Shown here piece after piece: positions 55,052-64,000 of a stretch of DNA of 64,000 nucleotides. Position numbers and translations under genes: made by a program. Numbering within the stretch: the stretch's first letter is position 1; every line of letters begins with the position of its first letter. The stretch spans positions 6,584-70,583 of the forward strand of contig JAHEDK010000004.1 in assembly GCA_024641245.1 (NCBI GenBank), given 5' to 3'. The DNA comes from Actinomycetes bacterium (GTDB lineage Bacteria > Actinomycetota > Acidimicrobiia > Spongiisociales > JAHEDJ01). Under the pieces are notes generated by a model. It saw only the letters and a program-made list of their open reading frames with translations. It searched no databases and was not told the DNA's origin.

Positions 55052-55939
55052 TCACTCCCTCAGGTACCTGCGAAGGCCGAGCGCAGAACCCAGGAATCCG
55101 GCCAGAGCACCGAACAAGAGGAAGAGAATCGTCCATCGCCAGAAGAAGGAGTCGGCAACCTGAAAATCAAACAAACCGATCGTGTCGTCGATGCTCTCCA
55201 GGCGTGTCCGCGCAAAGAACACCATTACCACGGCAAACAGTGCACCACCGAAGCCCTGAAGCATTCCCTCGAGAAGGAACGGAACCCGTATGAACCAGTT
55301 CGAAGCACCGACCAGCTTCATGATGCCGATCTCCTCACGGCGCGCATAGATGGCCATTCTGATCGTGTTCGAGATCAGCACAACCGCCGAAGCCCCCTGG
55401 ACTATGGCGAGCACAACTCCGATCATGTTGAGCACGTTGCTGAGATCGGCCAGTTGCTCGATGCTCTCCCCGGGTGATGTCACTTCCTTGACCACCGGTT
55501 GGTCGATGAGCCGCAACTGAATCGCCCGGTACTGCTCTATGTCGTTGAGTTTGATGCGAATCGAGGCAGGCAGAATGGCAGGGTTGACGTTTTCGAGCAT
55601 CGCCGGGTTGGAGGCGAACATCTCCTGGAACTCCTGATAAGCCTCCGCCTTGCCGACGAAGGTGGCTGTCTCGACCTCCTCCCATTCGTTGACCTGGTCG
55701 AGCAATCCCATTTGGGCTTCGAACGTCACACCGTCGCGCACCTCGTCCTTCAACCAGACGATCACATGAACGCCGTCTTGCCACTGCAGGGTGTTCGATT
55801 TGACCAGCTCATTCAGCACGAGCGCACTGAAGGCAAGCGTCAGCGAAACGAAAACCGCCAGAATGGCGCCGACCACAACAAGGGCATTGCGCCCCATGTT
55901 GATGAATGCTTCGCGCAGGAGATAGGTGATCCGGCTCAC
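55052..55939 (-). CDS. ftsX: cell division permease-like protein FtsX
   Basis: 4-TM FtsX layout with a large first extracellular loop. Overlaps the ftsE stop. Confidence 0.9.
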   Translation of the reverse strand: MSRITYLLREAFINMGRNALVVVGAILAVFVSLTLAFSALVLNELVKSNTLQWQDGVHVIVWLKDEVRDGVTFEAQMGLLDQVNEWEEVETATFVGKAEAYQEFQEMFASNPAMLENVNPAILPASIRIKLNDIEQYRAIQLRLIDQPVVKEVTSPGESIEQLADLSNVLNMIGVVLAIVQGASAVVLISNTIRMAIYARREEIGIMKLVGASNWFIRVPFLLEGMLQGFGGALFAVVMVFFARTRLESIDDTIGLFDFQVADSFFWRWTILFLLFGALAGFLGSALGLRRYLRE

Positions 55940-56739
55940 GAATCGGTCTCCACCGGCGCCTCGTCGGTTCCGGACTCTGCGGCGCTGTGTTGTTCAGCCA
56001 GTTCAGCGAGGTCGGCGACCACGTCTTCCACGGGCGGCAACGCCACGGGCACTTCTTCGATATGCTCATACCGGCCGCTCGATTGATCCCGCACGATCCG
56101 GCCTGCTTCCAGCTGCACCACGCGCCGTCGCATCGCGTCGACGATGGCGTGATCATGGGTTGCCATTACGATCGTCGTACCGGTTCGATTGATTCGATCG
56201 AGCAGCCGCATGATCCCGACACTCGTGGCCGGATCGAGATTGCCGGTCGGCTCGTCTGCCAGCATGATTGGTGGTCGGTTCACGAATGCTCTGGCGATGG
56301 ACACACGTTGTTGCTCACCGCCGGATAGTTGTTTTGGCTTGCGCTCTGCTTTGTCGTCGAGCCCGACCAGTTCAAGGACCTGCCCCACCTGGCGCTGGAT
56401 CACAGAGCGGGGCCGTCCGAGCACCTCGAGAGCGAAGGCAACGTTCTCTGCCACCGTCTTGTTGGGAAGCAGTTTGAAATCCTGAAACACGGTGCCGATC
56501 GAGCGCCGCAGGAACGGTACCTTCCAGGATGGCATTTTGGTTACGTCTTTGCCGGCTACCCAGATCGATCCGCGCGTGACATCATCCTGACGCAGCATCA
56601 ATCGAATCAGGGTCGACTTCCCCGATCCCGAAGGGCCAACGAGGAAGACGAACTCGCCCCTCGGCACGTTGAGGGTCGCGTCGCGGACGGCGACGGAGCC
56701 ACCCTCGTAGACCTTGGTGACGTCTTGAAGTCGGATCAT
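55936..56739 (-). CDS. ftsE: cell division ATP-binding protein FtsE
   Basis: [27 protein letters not shown], and an acidic C-terminal extension of about 45 aa. Confidence 0.95.
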   Translation of the reverse strand: MIRLQDVTKVYEGGSVAVRDATLNVPRGEFVFLVGPSGSGKSTLIRLMLRQDDVTRGSIWVAGKDVTKMPSWKVPFLRRSIGTVFQDFKLLPNKTVAENVAFALEVLGRPRSVIQRQVGQVLELVGLDDKAERKPKQLSGGEQQRVSIARAFVNRPPIMLADEPTGNLDPATSVGIMRLLDRINRTGTTIVMATHDHAIVDAMRRRVVQLEAGRIVRDQSSGRYEHIEEVPVALPPVEDVVADLAELAEQHSAAESGTDEAPVETDS

Positions 56740-56857
56740 CTGAACAACTCCGGGTTTGCGCGCCGGGCGCGGGCAATCCCACTAGATAATTGGACCCCTA
56801 CTCCGTTCCGCCACCGGCAGACTACCAAGGGGGCAACTGAAAGCGAATCAATGACGG

Positions 56858-57977
56858 TCATATTGACGCCTCCTGCCGCGCCCGCCGCCAGTGCAGGTAT
56901 CCCTCAACCAGTCCTCGCAAGTCGCCGTCGAGGACACCCTGGATATTGCCGATCTCGACATCGGTGCGGAGATCCTTGACCATCTGGTACGGCTGCATCA
57001 CGTACGACCGAAGCTGGCGTCCCCATGCTGCTTCAGTTTGCTCGCCGCGAATCTCGTCCATCTGATCTCGCTGTTCCTGGCGGGCCAGATCCGCCAAGCG
57101 CGATTTGAGGAGGGCCATCGCTCTGGCCCGGTTCTGGATCTGGGACCGCTCCGCCTGACAAGCCGCCACGGTGTTGGTTGGCAAGTGGGTGATACGCACC
57201 GCCGAATCCGTGGTGTTGACATGCTGCCCCCCTGCGCCCTGCGACCTGAACGTGTCTATGCGCAAGTCGTCCGGGTTGATTTCGATCTCGATGGTGTCAT
57301 CGACCTCAGGGATGACATCGATCGCAGCAAACGAGGTGTGGCGCCTGGAGTTGGCATCGAATGGACTGATTCGTACCAAACGATGAACTCCCCGCTCGCC
57401 TTCCATGGTTCCGTAGGCATAATCGCCTTTGACTGTGAACGTGGCGGATTTGATGCCGGCCTCCTCGCCGGGGTTGATTTCGTCCACTTCGACCGCGAAC
57501 CCCTCATCATCGAGGAAGCGGAGGTACATGCGCAGCAGCATTTCCGCCCAATCCTGAGCGTCGACGCCCCCGGCACCGGCGTGGACGGATACGATAGCGC
57601 TGGAGTCGTCGTACTCCCCGAAGTACAGGGACTCGACTTCCAGTTTGGCGAGTTCCGCATCGACCGCTTCTAGTTCCTTCGAAACCTCCGCCAGTGCGCT
57701 CGTGTCCGACTCGTCTTCTGCCATTTCAAGCAAGAGTTCGCCGTCGTCGATCGCACCGTCCAGTCGCTCGAACTGACCGAGCAGTCGTTCAAAACGCGCC
57801 AGGCGCCTCGTCACCTCCCTGGCAACAGATGGGTCATCCCAAAGATCCGGCGAAGCGGCGCTCTCTCTCAGGCTGTCGAGTTCCCGTTCTTTTGACTCGA
57901 CGTCAAAGGAACCTCCTGGCATCGTCAAGCCGGGAGCGCAGATCGTGAAGCGCGGCGCGTGGGTCGGTGATATTCAT
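56858..57977 (-). CDS. prfB: peptide chain release factor 2, requires +1 programmed frameshift
   Basis: The 0-frame from the ATG at 57977 reads MNITDPRAALHDLRSRLDDARRFL and then hits TGA. After a +1 shift the frame continues DVESKERELDSL... through SPF (SPFDANSRRHTSF) and GGQ (GAGGQHVN). The total is about 372 aa. The ORF track shows only the downstream frame. Confidence 0.9.
57902..57917 (-). other. RF2 programmed +1 frameshift site
   Basis: AGGAGG-TTC-CTT-TGA-C: an internal SD 3 nt before the slippery CUU followed by UGA C. This has the same architecture as the E. coli prfB site. Confidence 0.85.
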
Positions 57978-58037
57978 GAGTGGTCAGATGGTAATCAGTC
58001 GTCGGGAGCAGCAGGAACGTGTCCGCTCAGTTCTGAG

Positions 58038-60683
58038 CTAGCTCCCGGTCGCGGCAGCAGCACCGTGGCACTTCTTGTACTTCTTGCCCGAACCGCACGG
58101 GCACGGATCGTTCCGTCCGATCTTGTCCGAGTAGGCCTGTGCCCCGCTGGAGGACGTCGATGGCCCACCGCCGGAAGAAGCCACCTGGACCTTCGGCTTT
58201 TCCTCCTGCTTGGCGATCTGCGCATGGAAGAGGTATCGCACGGAGTCGCGCTTGACCCCGTCGACCATCTCAGAAAACATGTCGAAACCTTCGCGCTGAT
58301 ACTCAACCAGCGGATCACGCTGTCCCATCGCCCGGAGCCCGATCCCAGCTCGCAGGTAATCCATTTCGGCCAGATGCTCGCGCCACTTGTTGTCGATGAT
58401 CGACAGAATCACGTTGCGTTCGATCTGCCGCAGCACCTCAGTGCCAAACTCCTCCTCGCGCTGCGTGTACACCCTGTGCGCTTCTTCGAGCGTCACCTCA
58501 ACGACATCAGCCACCGAGATTCCGCCGGGCCGGTCCACCTTTTCTCGAGTGAGCTCGGTCGGATACAGAACCAAGAGATCCGAAACAAGCACGTCCCAGT
58601 CCCACTCAGAGGGCGACCTCTGATCGCTGATGATCGATTCGACTGTCTCCTCGATGATCTCTTCGATCCACTCCTGAGCCAGTTCCGCGCTGGCGTTGCC
58701 TTCGAGGATCCCGGACCGCCATTCGTAGATCACCTGGCGTTGCTTGTTCATCACTTCGTCGTACTTGAGGACGTTCTTTCTGATCTCGAAGTTCTGCGAC
58801 TCCACCTGTCCCTGCGCTCGTTCGATAGACCGGCTGACCATCTTGGCTTCGATCGGCATATCCTCCGGCATCCGCAACCGGTCCATGATCGAAGAGACCC
58901 GCTCACCCTGGAACCGCCGCATGAGCTCGTCCTCGAGCGAGAGATAGAAACGGGACTCGCCCGGGTCTCCTTGTCGGCCCGACCGTCCTCGCAACTGGTT
59001 GTCGATCCGCCGCGACTCGTGGCGCTCGGTTCCGACAACATAGAGGCCGCCGGCATCGACGACGGTGCGATAGCCGTCCTCCAGTTCCGCCTGAAAGCGG
59101 GCAAAGGCCTCGTCGTACCCCTCTTTGTATTCGGGGGATCCGGGAAGCAAGCCTCTCCGTTTCATTTCGCCTTTTGCCAACCCATCCGCGTTGCCACCGA
59201 GGAGGATGTCAACCCCGCGACCTGCCATGTTGGTTGCGACGGTCACAGCACCAACCCGACCGGCCTGCGCAATGATCTCGGCTTCTCGAGCATGATGTTT
59301 TGCGTTCAGCACCTCGTGCTTCACGCCTCGCTTGCGGAGCATCGTCGACAACCGTTCGCTCCGCTCGATGGAGACCGTTCCGACCAGCGTCGGCTGTCCC
59401 CGCTCGCTGCGTTCGGTGATGTCGTTGATGACGGCGGTGAACTTCGCGTCTTCCGTTTTGTAGACCAGATCGGGCTGATCGGTCCTGTCGACCGGCTGGT
59501 TGGTCGGTATTTCGACGACCTGGAGTCCGTAGATCTCGGCGAACTCCGCTGCTTCGGTTTTGGCCGTTCCGGTCATCCCTGACAGCTTCTCGTACATCCT
59601 GAAGTAGTTCTGAAGGGTGATGGTTGCGAGGGTCTGGTTCTCCTCTTTGATCTTCACGCCCTCTTTGGCTTCGATCGCCTGATGGAGCCCTTCGGAGTAG
59701 CGGCGGCCTTCCAGTACCCGCCCGGTGAACTCGTCGACGATCTTGACCTCACCGTTGTCGACCAGGTAGTCAACGTCCGTGCGATACAGGGCCTTGGCCT
59801 TGAGGGCGACATCGAGATGGTGTACGAGGTCGACGGCGGCGAAGTCGTACATGTTCTCTACACCGAGGATCTCCTCAACACGGGTAACGCCTTCTTCGGT
59901 GGTGACCACCTGACGCTTTGCCTCGTCGATTTCGTAGTGCGCGTCCACGCGGAGCCTGTCCACGATCCTTGCGAAGTCGCGGTAGTAGCGCGCCGTATCG
60001 GCCACCCGCCCGGAGATGATCAGGGGGGTCCGCGCCTCGTCGACAAGGATCGAGTCGACCTCGTCCACGATGGCGTAGTGGTGCCCCCGTTTGACCATCT
60101 GAGCTACCTGCATCGCCATGTTGTCGCGCAGATAGTCGAACCCGAATTCGTTATTCGTTCCGTAGGTGATGTCCGCCGCATAGGCCGGGCGGCGTTCAGC
60201 GGGAGTCATGGCAGACTGAATGAGGCCGACCTCGAGGCCGAGGAACCGGTGCACGCCACCCATCCACTCGGCGTCGCGGGAGGCCAGATAGTCGTTCACC
60301 GTTACGACGTGGACACCTTCGCCCCCCAACCCATTCAGGTAGGAAGGGAGTGTGGCGACGAGTGTCTTACCCTCACCCGTCTTCATCTCAGCGATCATGC
60401 CGCGATGAAGGGCGCCCCCGCCGATGACTTGCACGTCGAACGGCCGCATGCCGAGCACCCTCCGGGCCGCCTCGCGCACAATCGCGAAAGCCTCCACCTC
60501 GATGTCGTCGAGGGAAGCACCGTTGGCCAGGAGATTCCGAAACTCAGGGGTCTTGGATTGCAGGTCGGCATCGCTGAGTTCCTCGACGGTCGGCTCGAGA
60601 TCATTGACGGCCGCCGTGAGGGCCTCGAGTTCTTTGAAGGCCTTGCCTTCACCCGCGCGCAGTATTTTGCTGAGAATCGACAT
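58038..60683 (-). CDS. secA: preprotein translocase ATPase SecA
   Basis: [38 protein letters not shown], and a C-terminal Zn-finger [14 protein letters not shown]. Confidence 0.95.
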   Translation of the reverse strand: MSILSKILRAGEGKAFKELEALTAAVNDLEPTVEELSDADLQSKTPEFRNLLANGASLDDIEVEAFAIVREAARRVLGMRPFDVQVIGGGALHRGMIAEMKTGEGKTLVATLPSYLNGLGGEGVHVVTVNDYLASRDAEWMGGVHRFLGLEVGLIQSAMTPAERRPAYAADITYGTNNEFGFDYLRDNMAMQVAQMVKRGHHYAIVDEVDSILVDEARTPLIISGRVADTARYYRDFARIVDRLRVDAHYEIDEAKRQVVTTEEGVTRVEEILGVENMYDFAAVDLVHHLDVALKAKALYRTDVDYLVDNGEVKIVDEFTGRVLEGRRYSEGLHQAIEAKEGVKIKEENQTLATITLQNYFRMYEKLSGMTGTAKTEAAEFAEIYGLQVVEIPTNQPVDRTDQPDLVYKTEDAKFTAVINDITERSERGQPTLVGTVSIERSERLSTMLRKRGVKHEVLNAKHHAREAEIIAQAGRVGAVTVATNMAGRGVDILLGGNADGLAKGEMKRRGLLPGSPEYKEGYDEAFARFQAELEDGYRTVVDAGGLYVVGTERHESRRIDNQLRGRSGRQGDPGESRFYLSLEDELMRRFQGERVSSIMDRLRMPEDMPIEAKMVSRSIERAQGQVESQNFEIRKNVLKYDEVMNKQRQVIYEWRSGILEGNASAELAQEWIEEIIEETVESIISDQRSPSEWDWDVLVSDLLVLYPTELTREKVDRPGGISVADVVEVTLEEAHRVYTQREEEFGTEVLRQIERNVILSIIDNKWREHLAEMDYLRAGIGLRAMGQRDPLVEYQREGFDMFSEMVDGVKRDSVRYLFHAQIAKQEEKPKVQVASSGGGPSTSSSGAQAYSDKIGRNDPCPCGSGKKYKKCHGAAAATGS

Positions 60684-60735
60684 GAGGTACCAATCTTATC
60701 GGCGCCTGGCGGTACTGAGTCCGGATGCCTTCTGT

Positions 60736-62076
60736 TTACGCGCTGCCGTACCCGGAGACCTCGAGCAACGCGGCCGGGTCGATACCCGCTCCGGCCGGCG
60801 TGACCTGATCAACGATCGATCGACCTTGCATCGAGTACGGCTCGGGAACCTCGAGTGACTCGCCGGCACCCGTTCTGACCAGGACCACGTCGGGATAATC
60901 GGACGCTTCGTCGTTGTTACGGGTCACCATCACGAGTTCGCCCCCGGCCAGCTGAAGCAGGGAGCCGGTCGGATAGACGCCGACCATCTTGATGAAGGCG
61001 TGTACCAGGCTGGGATCATAGAACGTGCCGGCCCCTTGCAGGAGGACTTGCAGGGCGCGGTTTGGCGTTTCCGCTCGCCGGTAGGATCGGCGGGTGGTCA
61101 ACGCGTCGTACGTGTCTGCCGTAGCTACGAGCCGGCTGAAAAAGTGGCGCTCGCGGTCGTACACCAGCGACGGGTAGCCCCGCCCATCGAAACGCGCGTG
61201 GTGCTCGAACGCGACCACGGCCGCGATTTCCTGACCCGGGGCGGCGGCAGCCAGGATCGCGGCGGCACCCTCCTGCGGATGCAACTTGATCTCAGCCCAT
61301 TGCTCCGGATTCAGCCGGCCGGGGTATTGAAGGGTCGAAGCTTGCACCCGAACCTTGCCGATGTCGTGGAGGAGTGCGCCTACGGCCAGCAACTTCAGCT
61401 CATCCTCCGGCAGACCGGCGAGACGAGCGAGCGCAATCGAAAGGATGCACACGTTGACGGAGTGGTAAAACGTGTACTCGTCGTGACTCTTCATTGTGGA
61501 GAGCAGGAGCGAGGCGCTCGGTTGAGCGAGGGTTTGCTCGACGAGCTGTTCAACGGCCCAGGTGGCACCGGTCAGGTCGAAGCCTTCATCAACTTCGAGC
61601 GCAAGGGCAACGCCGCGCAGCACGTCCAGCGAGCGGGCATACGACCGGCGAAGCCCTGAGATCGCTTCGTCCGATTCGAGTTCCGACCTGGTGAACGGTC
61701 CTTCATTGAGTCGAATCGTCCCGCCCGCGGGAATGTCACCGGACAATCCGGCAGCAAATGCCACCAGGTCGTACACATCGCCTTCCGACACCGGGTACTC
61801 GAAAGAAATCGACTCAATGCCACGGCTCTGGAGATCGCGCAGCAACTTGTTGAACTCGAGCGAAGCGTGAGCAAGCAAGCTCCGATTCTCATAGAGAGAA
61901 TCGCCGAGTATCGAAAGCACAACTTCACCGACCGAGTCCTTAGAAAGGGCATCGGCATTCTGCCGGAGCTTCGCCAACACCTCACCCGTCGCCGGGTGAT
62001 CAATCGGGTAGAGGGTGAGCTGTTTGGTTGCACCTCGCAGTTGTCCCAGCAATGCCCGCGCCGCTTTTTCGCTCAT
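60736..62076 (-). CDS. HD-GYP domain protein (putative c-di-GMP phosphodiesterase)
   Basis: HSVNV...LLHDIGK...HHARFDGRGYP form the HD and GYP signatures. The N-terminal domain of about 190 aa is related to the N-terminus of the upstream HEAT protein. Confidence 0.85.
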   Translation of the reverse strand: MSEKAARALLGQLRGATKQLTLYPIDHPATGEVLAKLRQNADALSKDSVGEVVLSILGDSLYENRSLLAHASLEFNKLLRDLQSRGIESISFEYPVSEGDVYDLVAFAAGLSGDIPAGGTIRLNEGPFTRSELESDEAISGLRRSYARSLDVLRGVALALEVDEGFDLTGATWAVEQLVEQTLAQPSASLLLSTMKSHDEYTFYHSVNVCILSIALARLAGLPEDELKLLAVGALLHDIGKVRVQASTLQYPGRLNPEQWAEIKLHPQEGAAAILAAAAPGQEIAAVVAFEHHARFDGRGYPSLVYDRERHFFSRLVATADTYDALTTRRSYRRAETPNRALQVLLQGAGTFYDPSLVHAFIKMVGVYPTGSLLQLAGGELVMVTRNNDEASDYPDVVLVRTGAGESLEVPEPYSMQGRSIVDQVTPAGAGIDPAALLEVSGYGSA

Positions 62077-63968
62077 GAAGAGCTTCCCTTCAGTGCGTCC
62101 TTCGCCGAACGTCGGAGAATCCGGGTCGACGAACTCAACGAGAACCGCTTACCGGCGAGATGCTCGAGCGCGGCGCGGGCCGTCGGACCCGTGCGTTCGG
62201 ACAGCAACTCCAGCACCCGCTGCTTCTCCGATAGCTCGAGACCACGACGGTCCAGGGCGCCGACCAGCAGACGCTCGGCTGAATCGGTTGCGTGCGTTCC
62301 GAGCAAGGCGATGGCCGTTTGGCGCACGCTGGCGTGATCATCACCCAGTGCCGTCTCAAAGTACGGAACGGCTTCATCACCGAGCATCGCCAGGCCGCGC
62401 AGCGCCTCCAGCCGTACCCTGTGGTCGGAATACGAAAGGACCGGGCGCATCTTGCGGATCGCGTCGCGGTCGCCAGTGTGTCGCAGGACGATGACAATGT
62501 TGCGAACAAGGTACCAACGGGAGTCATTGAGTCGAGCGGTCAGCGGGTCCGCATCCTCGCGGGCGACTTCGGAGAGTATGTCAACGAGCATCCGCCTTCT
62601 CGCTGCATCCTGCTCCTCTGCGAGAAGATCGATCAACACGTCGACGGAACTGACCCCGAGAGCCTTGAGCAACTGCACCGCAGGAGCGGCCTCACCGCCT
62701 TCGGTCGCCTTCTGGACGACGGCACTCATGATCTCGGACGATGAAATCTGCCCGAGTGCTTCATCGACCTCGGCGCGACGGTGTTCGGCAAACGTGCTGG
62801 CATCCAGAACCGCTCGCAGCCACAACTCGGCACGCCGATATTGACCCCGCCGAACGGCAGTACCGACCTTGCCCACCCAGATTCTCATCAATCGTCGGAA
62901 TCGGTCGTCGCGGTCCTCCGCAAAGAGCAGCCCGCGGAAGACCTCCAGGGCGTGGTAGAAGAAATGCTGAGGATTCGGAAACTCTGCACGGAGCGCTTCG
63001 AAGAACGCGGTCGGGTCCGCCTGGGCACCTGCCAGGTCGCGGAGTCGCTCGTGAACGCTGACTGCCGCAACTTCTCGAGCGGCTTGCACAGCGTCGGTAG
63101 CCTGAATGAGTTCGAGCAATTCCTCGGGCCGACCATCGACCCTGTCGGTCGACACTCGCGCATAGTCGAGGAGCAGGGCCAGGCCCGAGGGATCGAGACG
63201 GGGTGCCAGCCTCGCCAACTCGTTGCCGGCGAACTGATCGAGAAACGCCCGCTCTGCATCTGACTCCTGCTCGTTCAGGTAGCGGGCAAACACCTCCATG
63301 TTGGCCGGTTCCGGGATGTGGAAGAACGCCTCAACGAATGCCTTGACCACTTCCTCCCGACCCTGGTAATCCTCATCCTCAACGAGATCGAGCGTTGCGC
63401 GGTATTCCTCGAGGAAGAGATCGGCGAGGCGGTCGGGATCTCCGCCGGCTTTCTCCATCAAGGCAAGCGCGAACTCCTTCGGATCGGCCCCCTGCTCGAT
63501 GACCGATTGGACCCGACCATCTCGATCGGTTATCTCATCGTCCTCGATCACTCGAAGTTGAGTGCGCTGAACCACCGACATGCTGGCAACGCCGTCACGG
63601 CGCAGGGCCGCGGCCACTCCACCGGATGCCCGGACGCTGTCCTCCTCCTTCGCCAGGGATGCGAACAACTTGGCAACATCCAGCGCGGTCGGAGCTTCTT
63701 CGAACCGTATCGATTCGATGTGGTGGACGAAGCAACGCCTGGCCAGGCGTTCTGCTCCCTCGCGTTCGGTCTCGATTTCAAAGCCATCTGATAGGAACCG
63801 CTGACCTTCAATGGTGAGCGCCATGTCGGATTCGACCGCGTCGCGCAGGGTCTCGATTGCACGCCGGAAGGCAGGCTGCGTTTCTGGGTCCGGATAGAGA
63901 CTGTGGACGGTCCATGCGGTCCCAAGTGCCTCAACGGCGACCACTTGCGGGCGACGCTCTTTTGACAT
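62073..63968 (-). CDS. HEAT-repeat protein (631 aa), function unknown
   Basis: The C-terminal third has HEAT-like repeats (DHRVRLEALRGLAMLGDEAVPYFETALGDDHASVRQTAIALLG). The stop overlaps the HD-GYP start by 4 nt. Confidence 0.65.
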   Translation of the reverse strand: MSKERRPQVVAVEALGTAWTVHSLYPDPETQPAFRRAIETLRDAVESDMALTIEGQRFLSDGFEIETEREGAERLARRCFVHHIESIRFEEAPTALDVAKLFASLAKEEDSVRASGGVAAALRRDGVASMSVVQRTQLRVIEDDEITDRDGRVQSVIEQGADPKEFALALMEKAGGDPDRLADLFLEEYRATLDLVEDEDYQGREEVVKAFVEAFFHIPEPANMEVFARYLNEQESDAERAFLDQFAGNELARLAPRLDPSGLALLLDYARVSTDRVDGRPEELLELIQATDAVQAAREVAAVSVHERLRDLAGAQADPTAFFEALRAEFPNPQHFFYHALEVFRGLLFAEDRDDRFRRLMRIWVGKVGTAVRRGQYRRAELWLRAVLDASTFAEHRRAEVDEALGQISSSEIMSAVVQKATEGGEAAPAVQLLKALGVSSVDVLIDLLAEEQDAARRRMLVDILSEVAREDADPLTARLNDSRWYLVRNIVIVLRHTGDRDAIRKMRPVLSYSDHRVRLEALRGLAMLGDEAVPYFETALGDDHASVRQTAIALLGTHATDSAERLLVGALDRRGLELSEKQRVLELLSERTGPTARAALEHLAGKRFSLSSSTRILRRSAKDALKGSSS

Positions 63969-64000
63969 CAGTCGATGTGTATCAGTTCTTCTCGGAGGGC

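Noticed and set aside
57945-59582. A 545-aa plus-strand ORF, and the 373-aa ORF at 59682-60803.
   Set aside because: They are antisense shadows of secA, which has unmistakable motifs on the minus strand.

Overview
This is a 64 kb, roughly 60% GC chromosomal segment. Gene content and order look actinobacterial, possibly Acidimicrobiia-like, but that lineage call is inference only.

**Overall content.** About 55 protein genes, 6 tRNAs and a tmRNA, mostly on the minus strand and mostly housekeeping. No rRNA, CRISPR array, transposase, integrase or recognisable defence system was seen.

**Backbone gene order, left to right.**
- VWA (partial), moxR, proA
- Two Trk K+ uptake modules on the plus strand
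- proB, obg, rpmA, rplU, rne, tdk
- rodA, mrdA, mreD, mreC, mreB
- ndk, folC, valS
- Three giant surface-protein genes
- clpX, clpP, tig
- tRNA-His, Arg, Gly and Pro
- A small islet
- tRNA-Lys and Leu
- rdgB, rph, an MBL hydrolase, a JAMM protease, hemolysin-III
- A secreted protein, a DinG-like helicase, pfk, azlCD, plsC
- A small LPFTG protein
- ssrA, smpB, an M23 peptidase, ftsX, ftsE, prfB, secA
- HD-GYP and a HEAT-repeat protein

**Main accessory region.** An 11 kb block (24.8-35.7 kb) between valS and clpX carries three tandem paralogous sortase-type (LPFTG) surface proteins of 975-1250 aa.
- Each gene is preceded by the same conserved leader element, which I cannot assign to any known class. 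It consists of GGGAGGC, then UCGGUCACC, then a loop containing CGAGC, then UGGUGAGACCGGCCC.
- This is my best candidate for something undescribed.

**Other points the ORF track misses or misrepresents.**
- A classic +1 programmed frameshift in prfB
- The tmRNA
- A frameshifted HTH gene whose end overlaps tRNA-Lys
- A possible 44-aa membrane sORF inside a trk operon
- A 23-aa sORF with a perfect 10-nt Shine-Dalgarno
- An N-terminal domain shared between the adjacent HEAT and HD-GYP proteins

**Limits.** All functional calls come from motif recognition by eye. No database search or folding computation was run.
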